The notes beneath the pieces are model-generated. The model was not told where the DNA came from. It saw only the letters and a list, made by a program, of their open reading frames with translations, and ran no database searches. The position numbers and the translations under genes are program-made. Positions 1-12,809 of a stretch of 64,000 bases of DNA are shown piece after piece. Position 1 is the first letter of the stretch. Every line of letters begins with the position of its first letter. Origin of the DNA: Heterodontus francisci (Eukaryota); the NCBI RefSeq assembly GCF_036365525.1, contig NC_090378.1, forward strand, positions 123,985,593 through 124,049,592, written 5' to 3'.

Positions 1-1112
1 TGGGTGTGTTACCCAGTACTGTCTGTAGGTGTGTGTCTCTGAGTGTGGGAGTGTTACCCAGTACTGTCTGTAGGTGTGTGTCTCTGAGTGTGGGTGTGTT
101 ACCCAGTACTGTCTGTAGGTGTGTGTCTCTGAGTGTGAGTGTGTTACCCAGCACTGTCTGTAGGTGTGTGTCTCTGAGTGTGAGTGTGTTACCCAGTACT
201 GTCTGCAGGTGTGTGTCTCTGAGTTTGAGTATGTTACCCAGAACTGTCTGTCGGTGTGTGTCTCTGAGTTTGAGTGTGTTACCCAGTACTGTCTGTCGGT
301 GTGTATCTCTGAGTTTGAGTGTGTTACCCAGTACTGTCTGTAGGTGTGTGTCTCTGAGTTTGAGTGTGTTACCCAGTACTGTCTGTAGGTGTGTATCTCT
401 GAGTTTGAGTGTGTTACCCAGTACTGTCTGTAGGTGTGTGTCTCTGAGTTTGAGTGTGTTACCCAGTACTGTCTGTAGGTGTGTGTCTCTGAGTTTGAGT
501 GTGTTACCCAGTACTGTCTGTCGGTGTGTATCTCTGAGTTTGAGTGTGTTACCCAGTACTGTCTGTAGGTGTGTGTCTCTGAGTTTGAGTGTGTTACCCA
601 GTACTGTCTGTAGGTGTGTATCTCTGAGTTTGAGTGTGTTACCCAGTACTGTCTGTAGGTGTGTGTCTCTGAGTTTGAGTGTGTTACCCAGTACTGTCTG
701 TAGGTGTGTGTCTCTGAGTTTGAGTGTGTTACCCAGTACTGTCTGTAGGTGTGTGTCTCTGAGTTTGAGTGTGTTACCCAGTACTGTCTGTAGATGTGTG
801 TCTCTGAGTGTGGGTGTGTTACCCAGTACTGTCTGTAGGTGTGTGTCTCTCAGTGTGGGTGTGTTACCCAGTACTGTCTGTAGGTGTGTATCTCTGAGTG
901 TGGGTGTGTTACCCAGTACTGTCTGTAGGTGTGTATCTCTGAGTGTGGGTGTGTTACCCAGTACTGTCTGTAGGTGTGTATCTCTGAGTTTGAGTGTGTT
1001 ACCCAGTACTGTCTGTAGGTGTGTATCTCTGAGTGTGGGTGTGTTACCCAGTACTGTCTGTAGGTGTGTATCTCTGAGTTTGAGTGTGTTACCCAGTACT
1101 GTCTGTAGGTGT
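1..1112. repeat. 45-bp tandem minisatellite (GTGTTACCCAGTACTGTCTGTAGGTGTGTGTCTCTGAGTGTGGGT), about 25 copies, runs off the window start
   Basis: ACCCAG recurs at 11, 56, 101 etc. (period 45). The 15-aa periodic ORF is a by-product. Confidence 0.97.
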
Positions 1113-1209
1113 GGCTGCTATGTTTTGAAGATGCAATGGCACGTTTCACTATCACAGACGTCACAAGGAAAAAGGCCTTACTTTGACACTTGGAGGTGAA
1201 GAATTAGAA
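1112..1209 (+). mobile_element. Degenerate Ty3/Gypsy gag N-terminal fragment
   Basis: Translates approximately WLLCFEDAMARFTITDVTRKKALL..GGEELE (with a stop/frameshift), matching the W..FE....ITD..RKKALLLH.GGEEL pattern of Gypsy gag. Confidence 0.55.
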
Positions 1210-2522
1210 TATGGTTTTCCAGCATACGGCCCACGGGCCAGACTTCAGCCCTGCAAAGCACTTCGGTGGGCAGCTCTATTTTTGTGAGGATCCCCGACCC
1301 ACACAACGTGGCTGTGCCCAGCGGGAGAGTGTCATTCACATCCTGTCTCTGTAATCCACATTGATGGAGAATGAACAGATGGGGAATGGGCAGCAGAGAC
1401 AGGGGAGCCGGGATTGTAGGGCGGGGAGTGGAAAGCGAGGAGTGGAGCGTGGAGTGGGGATTGGAGAACGGACAGTGGGGAGTGGAGAGCGTGGAGTGGG
1501 GAGTGGTGAACGGACAGTGGGGAGTAGAGAGCGTGGAGTGGGGAGTGGAGAACGGACAGTGGGGAGTGGAGAGCGTGGAGTGGGGAGTGGAGAACGGACA
1601 GTGGGGAGTGGAGAGCGTGGAGTGGGGAGTGGAGAACGGACAGTGGGGAGTGGAGAGCGTGGAGTGGAGAACGGACAGTGGGGAGTGGGGAGCGTGGAGT
1701 GGAGAACGGACAGTGGGGAGTGGAGAGCGTGGAATGGGGAGTGGAGAAAGGACAGTGGGGAGTGGAGAGCGTGGAGTGGGAATGGAGAACGGACAGTGGG
1801 GAGTAGAGGCGTGGAGTGGGGAGTGGAGAACGGACAGTGGGGAGTGGAGAGCGTGGAGTGGGGAGTGGAGTGTGGGTAGTGGGGAGAGGAGAGTGGGCAG
1901 TGGAGAGTGGGCAGTGGAGAGTGGGAAGTGGAGGGTGGGGAGCAGGGATCAGGGACTGGGGAGCAGGCAGTGAGGAGGAGGGAATGAGAGACAAACAGAG
2001 AAAGAGAGCAGGGAGTAAGAGAAAGAAGGGGCAGAGAGAGAGAGACAGAGAGAGGGGATAGTGGGACAGACAGAGGGAGACTGATAGAGAGAGTGGGGAG
2101 ACAGAGGTAGGGGAGAGGGTGGGACTGAGAGGGGGAGAGAGAGATGGAGGGGGGAAAGAGAGACAGAGAGATACAGAGAGCAAGAGGAGAGAGGAAGAAA
2201 GATCAATATCTCTCTGACACATGGACATCATTCTGGAATACACTGCATCGCTACGTCAAGTGTGTGGGCAGAGATTGAGTATTAATGCAAGCAAAAACAA
2301 TGTCAGGTAGGTCACTAAATCAATGTTCAACATAGTAATGAGAAAGTAAGTCAATAAATTACTTCTCATTTAAAGCTTCTTCATAAAAATGCACATTTGT
2401 TATAGTTTTCATACAAGGATACATTTTTAATGCCTTTATCGTCCGAAATGTTCTCACTGGCCCCCTACTGGAGGGTAAAAATTGTAATCTGGCCCCTGAC
2501 ACGAAAAGGTTGGACATCCCTG
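1210..2522. mobile_element. Probable non-autonomous hAT (Charlie-like) element carrying an internal G-rich tandem repeat
   Basis: Right end AAAAGGTTGGACATCCCTG (revcomp CAGGGATGTCCAACCTTTT). Left end is degenerate (TATGGTTTTCCAGCATACGGCCCACGGGCC) with GGCCC subterminal motifs. No 8-bp TSD visible. Confidence 0.5.
1425..1935. repeat. G-rich 42-bp (2 x 21 bp) tandem repeat followed by GA-rich low-complexity DNA to about 2200
   Basis: Unit GGAGAGCGTGGAGTGGGGAGTGGAGAACGGACAGTGGGGAGT seen directly. Confidence 0.9.
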
Positions 2523-3760
2523 CTATCAAATCACGAAAGTGGAAAGACGTGATCGAGAAATGTCTACAGATTAATTCTGACACACTACAAGATCTTCACA
2601 CCAATGTTCGAAATGAGCTCACTGTTGCAACTACATCTGATCTCATATTACACAACAACTGTATGGTCATTCCACACTCATTAAGAGAATGTGTTGTTGA
2701 TAAAGGACACCAGGGAATAGTCAATAGCAAACAACTCCTTAGGCAAATGGTTTGGGTTCCAGGAATGAACTGCATGGTGGAGATAAAATCAATCAGTGTT
2801 TACCATGTCAACTACCCACAATGTCAAATCTTCATGATCCTCTCGTGATGTCTGAACTACCTCCAGGACCAGGGATTGTGTCAGTGTTGATTTCACAGAT
2901 TTACCCACAGGTGAACACCTGCTTGTTGTCACTGACGACTACAGCAGATTCCCAATCGTGGAATTAGTTAAGTCAACTCCAACAAAAGCAGTGATTCCAA
3001 AGCTTGACCAGATCTTTACCTTGTTTGGAATCCCTCAAACAGTAAGAAGTGACAATGAACCCCCATTCAACAGCAATGAGTTCAGTAAATTCACAAACTA
3101 CCTAGTGTTCACTCATAGGGAAATCACACCCCATTGGCCAAGAGCTAATGGAGAAGTCGAGACATTTATGTGAACCTTGAAAATAGTGATACGTACAGCT
3201 ACAGCTGTGAACAAGTCATGGGAGCAAGAGTTCTATCACTTTCTTCATAATTACAGAGTGACTCCAAACTCAACTACTGGAAAACCTCCAGTTACTCTCA
3301 TCTTTACACATCCTCTGTGCACACGCCTTCCTCAATTATCCTACGGAGATAATGATCAACATATACATCAACACGATCGATATCAGAAGGATAGATTGAA
3401 GGTAAATGCAGAACGAAACATGAAACTTCGAGGCTACACCACTAAAACCAGGAGATAAAGTACTTGTGAAACGTGATGGTCATGTTGGAAAACAAACAAC
3501 CCCTTATAACATCCAACCATTTGTTGTGACCAACACAAAAGGATCAATGATCACTGCTGAGCACGATTCACAAATTATCACAAGAAACGTGTCATTCTTC
3601 AAACACTGAAAACACCTCTCGTAAACATTGAATCCGATTTCAGCATCGACACCTCCGATGAAGAACATGAGTTAAATGAAACTTCACCTGATGTCAGACA
3701 ATATCCTACTTGTGAGAGAAAATGCCCATCATACATAGGTGACTATCTAACGAAGTGAAC
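2523..3760 (+). mobile_element. Decayed Ty3/Gypsy pol (integrase) region
   Basis: Frameshifted ORF fragments with the GHQGIV zinc-binding motif, FGIPQTVRSDN (DDE core), ITPHWPRANGEVE and YRVTPNSTTGKPP. Confidence 0.9.
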
Positions 3761-3846
3761 TATTTATGTGTAAGTTTATACTTTACATTTTTGGAAACAA
3801 ACCATTGACACATACTACATCTCTCATTTACTGAGAAGGGGAGGAA

Positions 3847-4042
3847 TGTCGTGTTGCAGTGTTTTGAAATTGCATTGTACATTTTGTTAACTTGAAGCCA
3901 CTGTAGAACACACAGGCTAGCAAAGGGAAAGTGGAAATAAAACAGAATAAAGAAGAAGCCTTTGTGTTTAACAGCCTGCAGTCTCAGTCTCACATATCTC
4001 ATCCTAAACTCGGCTAAACCTCACTAAGTCCCGAGGACATCA
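3847..4042 (+). mobile_element. Putative 3' LTR of the Gypsy element
   Basis: Polypurine tract GAGAAGGGGAGGAA directly before TGT at 3847; AATAAA at 3936 and 3946; ends in ...CA at about 4042. Confidence 0.6.
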
Positions 4043-4984
4043 CTCTCCATTGGGCTGGAGTGGGCTGTGAGTGATTGGGCAGTGGAGAGGATCGTCACCC
4101 TCTTGGCATCGTGAGGGCAGAAGAACAGGGGGCGAGGCTGCCACAGACAATTGGGTGGCCATGTGACCAGCGGGAAGGCAGCCAGGCCTCTGGCTTTGCT
4201 GGACCATTATGTAAATCAAGTGCTCTGTGTTCTCCCACTCTGCAGTATGAGCACTCAAACAGCGGCCACAGGAATGGCTGCCGTGGTGAGTTTAAATTGG
4301 ACTCACACTTGAGCTGCCCCCCAAAACCCCCGTTATTGCATTAATTAACTGGTCACCACTGTGAAACCCGGAACTCATTTCTGTTTTCCCCCAGGGACGG
4401 GTTTGGGACCCGGAAACAGTCCCGACGTCCATTTCCTGCCCCCGATATGAAAATCCAGCCCCATCCACCTGATTGGAGAGATTCAAAGAGGGAAGTCTGG
4501 GGAAAATGGGCACAGAGTAATGAGGCAAAAATACATTCACACTTTGGAGAGGAAAGGGAGATTAGTGATGGGGTAGTTTACAAGGACACATTGGTTGAGT
4601 GTGGATTTTTTGAGGAGATGGTGATGGTGATGATGATGATTTTGAGAGCGAGGGGGTCATTACCTGTGGAAAGCCCGAACCTCTGATACCTGAACTCTCC
4701 CAGTGAAGCTTTCCCTCGGCTACTTTATCTCTCTCATCATGGCTCCAAACTGTAATCTGAATAATTCCAATGGTTTTCCCTCTGTTTCCTTGTTTTCCTG
4801 ATTATTCCAAACATATTCCCCTCTGAGTCAGGACTATTTACCTGATCGATGCTGTAATTTTTCTGTCACTACTTTCCATTAATGTCATCAGCTTTTACCA
4901 TCGAATCCGAGAATCACACAACACTGTAGGAGGCCATTCAGCCCCTCCGGCCTGTTGTTGGAATCTGCTTTGATCTACATTTTA

Positions 4985-5330
4985 AAAATTCTTTCTTGGG
5001 ATGTGGGTGCCGCTGGCCAGGCCAGCATTTATTGCCCATCCCTAATTGCCCTTGAGAAGGTGGTGGTGAGCTGCCTTCTTGAACTGCTGCAGTCCGTGTG
5101 GTGTAGGTGAACCCACAGTGCTGTTAGGAAGGGAGTTCCAGGATTTTGACCCAGTGACAGTGAAGGAACAGCGATATACTTCCAGGTCAGGATGGTGTGT
5201 GGATTGGAGGGGAAATTACAGGTGGTGCTGTTCCCATGTATTTGCTGCCCTTGTCCTTCTTGGTGGTAGAGTTCGTGGGTTTGGAAGGTTCTGTCTAAGG
5301 AGACTTGGTGCGTTGCTGCAGTGCATCTTG
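4985..5330 (-). mobile_element. 3' end fragment of a CR1/L2-group LINE
   Basis: RT C-terminal-like translation; its tail (revcomp GGGCAATTAGGGATGGGCAATAAATGCTGGCC) is the same as the SINE tail at about 56570-56630. Confidence 0.65.
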
Positions 5331-8300
5331 TTTATTTTGAAGGAAGCCTTTATACCCCAGGCCCCTGTTATTTTGCTGAGGGGGCCTTTATTGCTCAGGT
5401 CCCCTTTAAAATGCATTTTATAAAATAACTTTATTAAAAACAGATAAATAGAACAAAAATCTAATTAAAATGCCATTCTCAGCATTGATGATGCACTCCA
5501 GCCCCTGCGGTGACCACGGGTCGCAGAAGGCCTCGATCGAACCCGCGGACACTGCTTGCTCCTTCTCCAGGGACACCCGGGCGCGAACATAACTTGGGAA
5601 GAGGAGCAGGCAATCAGGGCGGATGGACCCCCTGACGGTCCGCAGCCTGGACCTGTGAATTGCCACCTTGGCCAGGCCCAGGAGCAGACCGATGAGGAGA
5701 TCCTTCCCCCGGCCCACGCCCCTCCGCTCCGGGTGGCCAAAGATCAGGAGCGTGGGACTGAAGTGCAGCCAAAACTTGAGGAGCAGCCCCTTCAAATACT
5801 CAAAGACGGGCAGCAACCTCGCACATTCCATATAAACATGGAACACAAACTTGTCCAGGCTGCAGAAATTACAGGCGGCCTGGGGGTCCGTGAACCTACT
5901 TAAAAGACTAGTGCATGGGACTGCCCTGTGCAGCACCCTCCACCCCAGGTCCCCCATGTAAAGGGGGAAGAGTCCTGCTTAGAGAGACCTCCACTGTGGT
6001 TTCCCCTCGCTGCCAGATGTCAACACGGATTGCCAGGCCGTGTCCAGCCCGCTGATGAGGGCGAGGAAGTAGAGAGTGTGCAGGAATAGCCTGTACAGGA
6101 AACACCTCCACGCCGATTGGAATGGCACGGAGGGCATTTCCAAGAAGCGGCTTGGTTTGTGCGAGACCGGCTCCCGAGGACGGTTTTGGGGCCTGGGTCC
6201 GATGAGCAGTTCCGCCAAATGGGGCTCAGTTCTGCTGGGAACGCTTCCAAGTCCCCTCGTCACCTGCAATGAGGGGCGTCCCAGAGGCTTCAGCTACTCC
6301 TTCACCCGTTGGTCCATCGCCGGAGTTGGCCACCCGGACAGCCGAGGCGCTCTCCTCCGCCGACGGGGGAACGCGCTGACTGGAGGCGACCATGTTCCAG
6401 ACTCTGAATAGATCCCGGTAAAAGACAGGCAACTCCCTCAGGGAGGCACAGCTAACGTTCTCCACTGGGAGCTGCGTGTTGTCTTGAAGGCAGTGCCCTT
6501 GGCAGCACACCCCATCTGGGAGGCAGCTCCGCGTACAGGGTTTGAAGGCGGAGCGTCACAGCCTGGGCCCGGACGCACACCAGCGACTGGCCGCCCTCCT
6601 CAATTGGGAGACTCAGGACCGCAGCAGAGACCCAGTGTTTCCTCTTGCCCCAGAAGAAATCGACGAGCTTCTTCTGGATCTTGGTGGCAAATGCAGGAGG
6701 TGGAGCCAAAATGGCCAACCATACCACAGCATCAAGGCCACCAGTTGGTTTATGACCAGCGCACGGCCCCTGTCGGAAAGCACTCGGAGCAGTCCTGTCC
6801 AGCGCCCCAGCCAACTGGTGACTTTCGCCTCCAATTCCTGCCACTTTGCCGGCCAGGCTTCCTCAGTGGGGCTAAGTTGGACTCCCAGATAGAGGAGGTG
6901 CGTGTTGCTCCACGCAAAAGGTGTCAACTCCTCTGGCAGTGAGTCGACCCGCCACTGACCCACCAGGAATCTGGAATATTTCTCCCAACTGATCCTTGCG
7001 GAGGACATGGGAAAGGTCTGCCGGCAGTCACGCATCCTCCGCAAGTCAATGGGACCTATGATCGTGAGGAGCACGTCATCGGCGTAAGCCAAGAGGACAA
7101 CCCGCATGGCCAGCCCTTCAACTTCCTGTGAAGCAAGCAAAGGAATGGCTCCACACAGATGGTGTACAATTGGCTGGAAATGAGGCATCCCTGGCGCACT
7201 CCTCTCCCAAAGCGAAGGGGCGCCGTCAAGGACCAGTTAACTTTGACTAGACACTCTGCAGCGACGTATAAAAGTCATACCCGGGCCACAAAATGCGGCC
7301 CAAGTCTGAATGTGCGCAGAGTCCTGAAAAGGTATTCTTGATCCACCCTGTCGAACGCCTTCTCCTGATCAAGGGAGAGAAAGGCGATCAACAGAGCAAT
7401 CCTCTGGAAAAGCTGGATCAGGTCTCGGACGAGGAGGATGTTGTCCTGGATGGACCGGCCCGGAATATTGTAGAACTGGTCGGGGTGGATCATGTGGGCC
7501 AGCACAGAGCCCAGGCTGGTACTGAGGACGGAGACCGGACTTTAAGCAAGTGGAGATTGCGCCTCTTCAGCAGCAGGATGATGACCGACCTGCACCACGA
7601 GAGGGGCATCTCGCCGGTCGCCTGGCTTTCCACCAAGGCCCACACGTAATCGTCCCCCAGAACCCATGCATAATCGTCCCCCAGGACGTCCCAGAACATC
7701 CTGAGGAACTCCACGGTCAGCCGATCCAGCCCCAGGGAATTGCCCTTCGAGAGCTGGTGCAGGGCACCAGTCAGCTCTGCCAACGTGAGCGGAGCCTCCA
7801 ATCCTTTGGCACCGTCCGGGCTGACCTGCGGCAGGTCCTCACACAAAACTCTGCTTGTATCCTCATTGGATGGATCCGGAGAGAATAACACACTGTAATA
7901 GGTGCGGACAAGGAGGCCCATTCCCTCCGGATCCGTGATGGAGGATCCGTCATCAGCCAGCAGCTCAATGAGCTGCTTAATGACGCCCCGCCATTTTTCC
8001 AGCGAGTAGAAGAAGGGTGAGACGTGGTCCAAATCTTCCAGTATCTGGATCCACGACCTCATGTACACGCCTCGGACTCTACGAGCTGCAGGTTCCTCAG
8101 CGCACCCTTCTTCTCTTTGTACACCTGCCACAGGGCCGGGTCCCTGACGTCATGACCGAAGCGGGACTCCAAGTCGAGCATCTCCCTCCCTCAGTGCCCG
8201 ATCTCGGCTTCCCGCCTCTTGGTTGACACCTTCACGTACCCCTGACAGAAGACACGGATGTGAGTGTTGCCCACATCCTACCATAGCGTCAAGGAGGGGA

Positions 8301-8448
8301 AGCCCCCCCTGCTTCCTTCTCCAGTCGGCCCAGAATCGATGGAACGAATCCTGGAATTGCTCATCCTCCAGCAATCGGTTGTTAAAGTGCCAGTACGTGG
8401 ACCCTGCCCGCGTGCTGAGTGGAATGAACTCCAACCACACCAGGTGGT
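5330..8448 (-). mobile_element. Tx1-clade non-LTR retrotransposon, 5'-truncated ORF2 with frameshifts
   Basis: ORF fragments with YWHFNNRLL (end of the endonuclease domain), LGLDRLTVEF, GRSIQDNI, SLDQEKAFDRV, LAYADDV (RT), YLGV, DLGWRVLH and the C-terminal zinc knuckle CNFC...HVYMEC. Confidence 0.92.
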
Positions 8449-8449
8449 T

Positions 8450-8900
8450 CTGTCCTTGGGCAGCTCCATCTGGACATTGTGTTCTGTCCCAGGGCAGAGT
8501 CTTGGGATCCCATGGAAGAAGTGGGAGAAATAGCAATGATGGCAGTTGTTGGCACACCCAAAGATTAGAAGGACCTTGGCAGTGTGCATATAGATTTGAT
8601 AGAATCTCTTCCAACTTCCAGCAGTGGGAATAAATACTGTTTATTCTGGTTGATAACTTCACCAAATGGGTTGAGGCAGTTCCATGTAACGCAGCTACCC
8701 ACTGAACTATCTCGAAAATCCTGGTGAAGGAGATATTCTCCAGAAGGTGACTACCACGGATCATGGGATCAGATCAGGAAAGACACTTTACTGGAAAGGG
8801 AATGCCAGTGACTTTGAAACTGCTGGATATTGAAGGGAAATAGCACATAAATCATAATCCACAGTCCTCAGTAATTGTAGAGCACATGAATAAAACCCAT
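8450..8900 (+). mobile_element. Decayed LTR-element integrase fragment (Gypsy/ERV-like)
   Basis: Approximate translation GPWQ.VHIDLI.SLP.SSSGNKYCL..VDNFTKWVEAVP...EIFSR..LP..MGSDQ..HFT...HNPQSS.IVEHMNKT. Confidence 0.8.
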
Positions 8901-9697
8901 TTGGCCCGTCATTTCTGTGAACACCTGGAAGGCATAAATGGGATTGGACAAAGTCAGCATGGGTTTACGGAAGGGACATCATGCTTATCAAATCGACTGG
9001 AGTTTTTTGAGGCTGTAACTCGTAGAATAGATAAGGATGATAAGGATAATAGATAATAGATAACCAGTGGATGTGGTGTATTTGGATTTTCAGAAGGCTT
9101 TTGATAAGGTCCCACGTAAGAGGTTCGTGGGCAAAATTAAAGCACATGGGATTGGGGGTAATATATTGGCATGGAATGAGAATTGGTTTACAGACAGGAA
9201 ACAGAGAGTAGGAATAAATGGGTGTTTTCCGAGTGGCAGGCAGTGACGAGTGGGGTATGGCAGGGATCAGTGCTTGGGCCCCAGCTATTCACAATATCTA
9301 TTAATGACTTGGGTGAGGGAACTAAATGTTTCCAAGTTTGCAGACGACACAAAGCTGGAGGAGGGGGGCAGGGGGTGGGGTGCGAGTGATCTGTGAGAAG
9401 GATGCAAAGAGGCTTCAATGTGATTTGCACAAGTTGGGTGAATGGGCAAATGCATGGTAGATGCAGTATAATGTGGATAAATGTGAAGTAATCCACTTTG
9501 GTTGTAATAATAGAAAGGCAGATTATCTGTATGGTGATAGATTGGGTAAGGGGAAGGTGCAACGAGACATGGGTGTCCTTGTGCACCAGTCACTGAAAGC
9601 AAGCATTCAGGTGCTGCAAGCAGTTAGGAAGGCAAATGGTATGTTGGCCTTCATTGCAAGAGGATTTGAGTACCGGAGTAAGGATGTCTTACTGCAG
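8900..9697 (+). mobile_element. Older CR1 LINE, 5' part, interrupted at 9697 by a younger CR1
   Basis: RT motifs with stops and frameshifts (DFQKAFDKVPH, GSVLGP, KCEVIHFG, GFEYRSKDVLLQ). Confidence 0.9.
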
Positions 9698-11930
9698 ACG
9701 AGAGTGGTCCTAAAGGAAGGGTGCTAAATTGGGGGAAGGCCAACTATACCAAAATTCGGCAGGAGCTGGGGAATGTAGATTGGGAGCAGCTGTTTGAAGG
9801 TAAATCCACTTTTGATATGTGGGAGGCTTTTAAAGGGAGGTTGATTAGCGTACAGGAGAGACATGTTCCTGTGAAAATGAGGGGTAGAAATGGCAAGATT
9901 AGGGAACCATGGATGACAGATGAAATTGTGAGACTAGCTAAGAGGAAAAAGGAAGCACACATAAGGTCTAGGCGGCTGAAGAAAGACGAAGCTTTGAAAG
10001 AATATCGGGATTGTAGGCGCAATCTGAAACGAGGAATTAAGAGGGCTAAAAGGGGTCATGAAATATCTTTAGCAAACAGGGTGAAGGAAAATCCCAAAGC
10101 CTTTTATTCATATATAAGGAGCAAGAGGGTAACTAGAGAAAGGATTGGCCCACTCAAGGACAAAGGAGGAAAGTTATGCGTGGAGTCAGAGAAAATGGGT
10201 GAGATTCTAAACGAGTACTTTGCATCGGTATTCACCGAGGAGAGGGACATGACGGATGTTGAGGTTAGGGACAGATGTTTGATTACTCTAGGTCAAGTCG
10301 GCATAAGGAGGGAGGAAGTGTTGGGTATTCTAAAAGGCATTAAGGTGGACAAGTCCCCAGGTCCGGATGGGATCTATCCCAGGTTACTGTGGGAAGCGAG
10401 AGAGGAAATAGTTGGGGCCTTAACAGATATCTTTGCAACATCCTTAAACACGGGTGAGGTCCCGGAGGACTGGAGAATTGCTAATGTTGTCCCCTTGCTT
10501 AAGAAGGGTAGCAGGGAAAATCCAGGTAATTATAGACCGGTGAGCCTGACGTCAGTGGTAGGGAAGCTACTGGAGAAGATACTGAGGGATAGGATCTCTT
10601 CCCATCTGGAAGAAAATGGGCTTATCAGTGATAGGCAACATGGTTTTGTGCAGGGAAGGTCATGTCTTACCAACTTAATAGAATTCTTTGAGGAAGTGAC
10701 AAAGTTGATTGATGAGGGAAGGGCTGTAGATGTCATATACATGGACTTCAGTAAGGCGTTTGATAAGGTTCCCCATGGTAGGCTGATGGAGAAAGTGAAG
10801 GCGCATGGGGTCCAAGGTGTACTAGCTAGATGGATAAAGAACTGGCTGGGCAACAGGAGACAGAGAGTAACAGTGGAAGGGAGTTTCTCAAAATGGAGAC
10901 GTGTGACCAGTGGTGTTCCACAGGGATCCGTGCTGGGACCACTGTTGTTTGTGATATACATAAATGATTTGGAGGAAAGTATAGGTGGTCTGATTAGCAA
11001 GTTTGCAGACGACACTAAGATTGGTGGAGTAGCAGATACTGAAGGGGACTGTCAGAGAATACAGCAGAATATAGATAGACTGGAGAGTTGGGCAGAGAAA
11101 TGGCAGATGGAGTTCAATCAGGGCAAATGCGAGGTGATGAATTTTGGAAGATCCAATTCAAGAGTGAACTATACAGTAAATGGAAAAGTCCTGGGGAAAA
11201 TTGATGTACAGAGAGATTTGGGTGTTCAGGTCCATTGTTCCCTGAAGGTGGCAACGCAGGTCAATAGAGTGGTCAAGAAGGCATACGGCATGCTTTCCTT
11301 CATCGGACGGGGTATTGAGTACAAGAGTTGGCAGGTCATGTTACAGTTGTATAGGACTTTGGTTCGGCCACATTTGGAATACTGCGTGCAGTTCTGGTCG
11401 CCACATTACCAAAAGGATGTGGATGCTTTGGAGAGGGTGCAGAGGAGGTTCACCAGGATGTTGCCTGGTATGGAGGGCGCTAGCTATGAAGAGAGGTTGA
11501 GTAGATTAGGATTATTTTCATTAGAAAGACGGAGGTTGAGGGGGGACCTGATTGAGGTGTACAAAATCATGAGAGGTGTAGACAGGGTGGATAGCAAGAA
11601 GCTTTTTCCCAGAATGGGGGATTCAATTACAAGGGGACACGAGTTCAAAGTGAAAGGGGAAAAGTTTAGGGGGGATATGAGTGGAAAGTTCTTTACGCAG
11701 AGGGTGGTGGGTGCATGGAATGCATTACCAGCGGAGGTGGTAGACGCGGGCACGATAGCGTCTTTTAAGATGTATCTAGACAGATACATGAATGGGCAGG
11801 AAGTAAAGAGATACAGACCCTTAGAAAATAGGCGACAGGTTTAGATAGAGGATTTGGATCGGCATAGGCTTGGAGGGCCGAAGGGCCTGTTCCTGTGCTG
11901 TAATTTTCTTTGTTCTTTGTTCTTTGTTCT
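9698..11930 (+). mobile_element. Young 5'-truncated CR1 LINE with an open ORF2 frame (9721-11844, 707 aa) and (TTCTTTG)n tail
   Basis: Uninterrupted ORF with KSPGPDG, NYRPVSLTS, QHGF, DFSKAFDKV, GVPQGSVLGP, FADD and RPHLEY; no endonuclease domain; 7-bp microsatellite tail. Confidence 0.96.
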
Positions 11931-12520
11931 TTATACAGGGCCTTGGTGAGACCACGTCTGGAGTATATTGTGCAGTTTTGGTCTCCTCATCTGAGGAAGA
12001 TGTTCTTGCCATGGAGGGAGTGCAAAGAAGATTTACTAGGCTGATTCCTGGAATGGCAGGATTGACGTATGATGAGAGAATGGATCGACTAGGCCTATAT
12101 TCACTAGAGTTTAGAAGAATGAGAGGGGATCTCATAGAAACCTATAAAATTCTAACAGGACTAGACAGGCTCGATGCAGGGAGGATGTTCCTGATGGCTG
12201 GGGAGTCCAGAACCAGGGGTCACAGTCTCAGGATATGGAGTATGGCATTTAGAACCGAGATGAGGAGAAATTTCTTCACTCAGAGGGTGGTGAACCTGTG
12301 GAATTCTCTACCGCAGAAGGCAATGGAGGCCAAGTCATTAAAATATATTCAAGAAGGAGAAAAATATATTTCTGAATGCCAAAGGGATCAAGGGATATGG
12401 AGAGAAAGTGGGAACAGGAAACTGAATTAAACTATCAGCCATGATCTTTTTTGAATGGCGGAGCAGGCCTGAAGGGCCGAATGGCCTATTCCTGCTCCTA
12501 TTTTCTATGTTTCTATGTGC
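11931..12520 (+). mobile_element. 3' continuation of the older CR1 LINE
   Basis: Resumes TTATACAGGGCCTTGGTGAGACCA (LYRALVRP), exactly continuing ...DVLLQ at 9697; ends in a TTTCTATG-type tail. Confidence 0.9.
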
Positions 12521-12809
12521 TGGTTCTCAGAATGAGCAATTCAGAGTGTGCCACACTCCCGCCTTCTCCCCGTAGCCCTGCACATTCTTCCTTTTCAAAC
12601 AATAATAAAAAGGCAGTGGAAGCAGAGTCCTTAAATATTTTTAAGGCAGAGGGAGATAGATTCTTGATAAGGAAGAGGGAGAAAGGTTCTCAGACGGAGG
12701 TGGGAATGTGGAGTCGTGGTTACAATCAGATCAGCCATGATCTTATTGAATAGTGCAGCAGGCTCGAGGGGCCGAGTGGCCTCCTCCTGCTCCTAATTCC
12801 TATGTTCGG

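Noticed and set aside
6-2243. 397-aa and 303-aa ORFs
   Set aside because: Derived from the 45-bp and 42-bp tandem repeats and low-complexity DNA.
9721-11844. Host reverse-transcriptase gene
   Set aside because: A 5'-truncated CR1 ORF2 with a typical tail, nested in another CR1.
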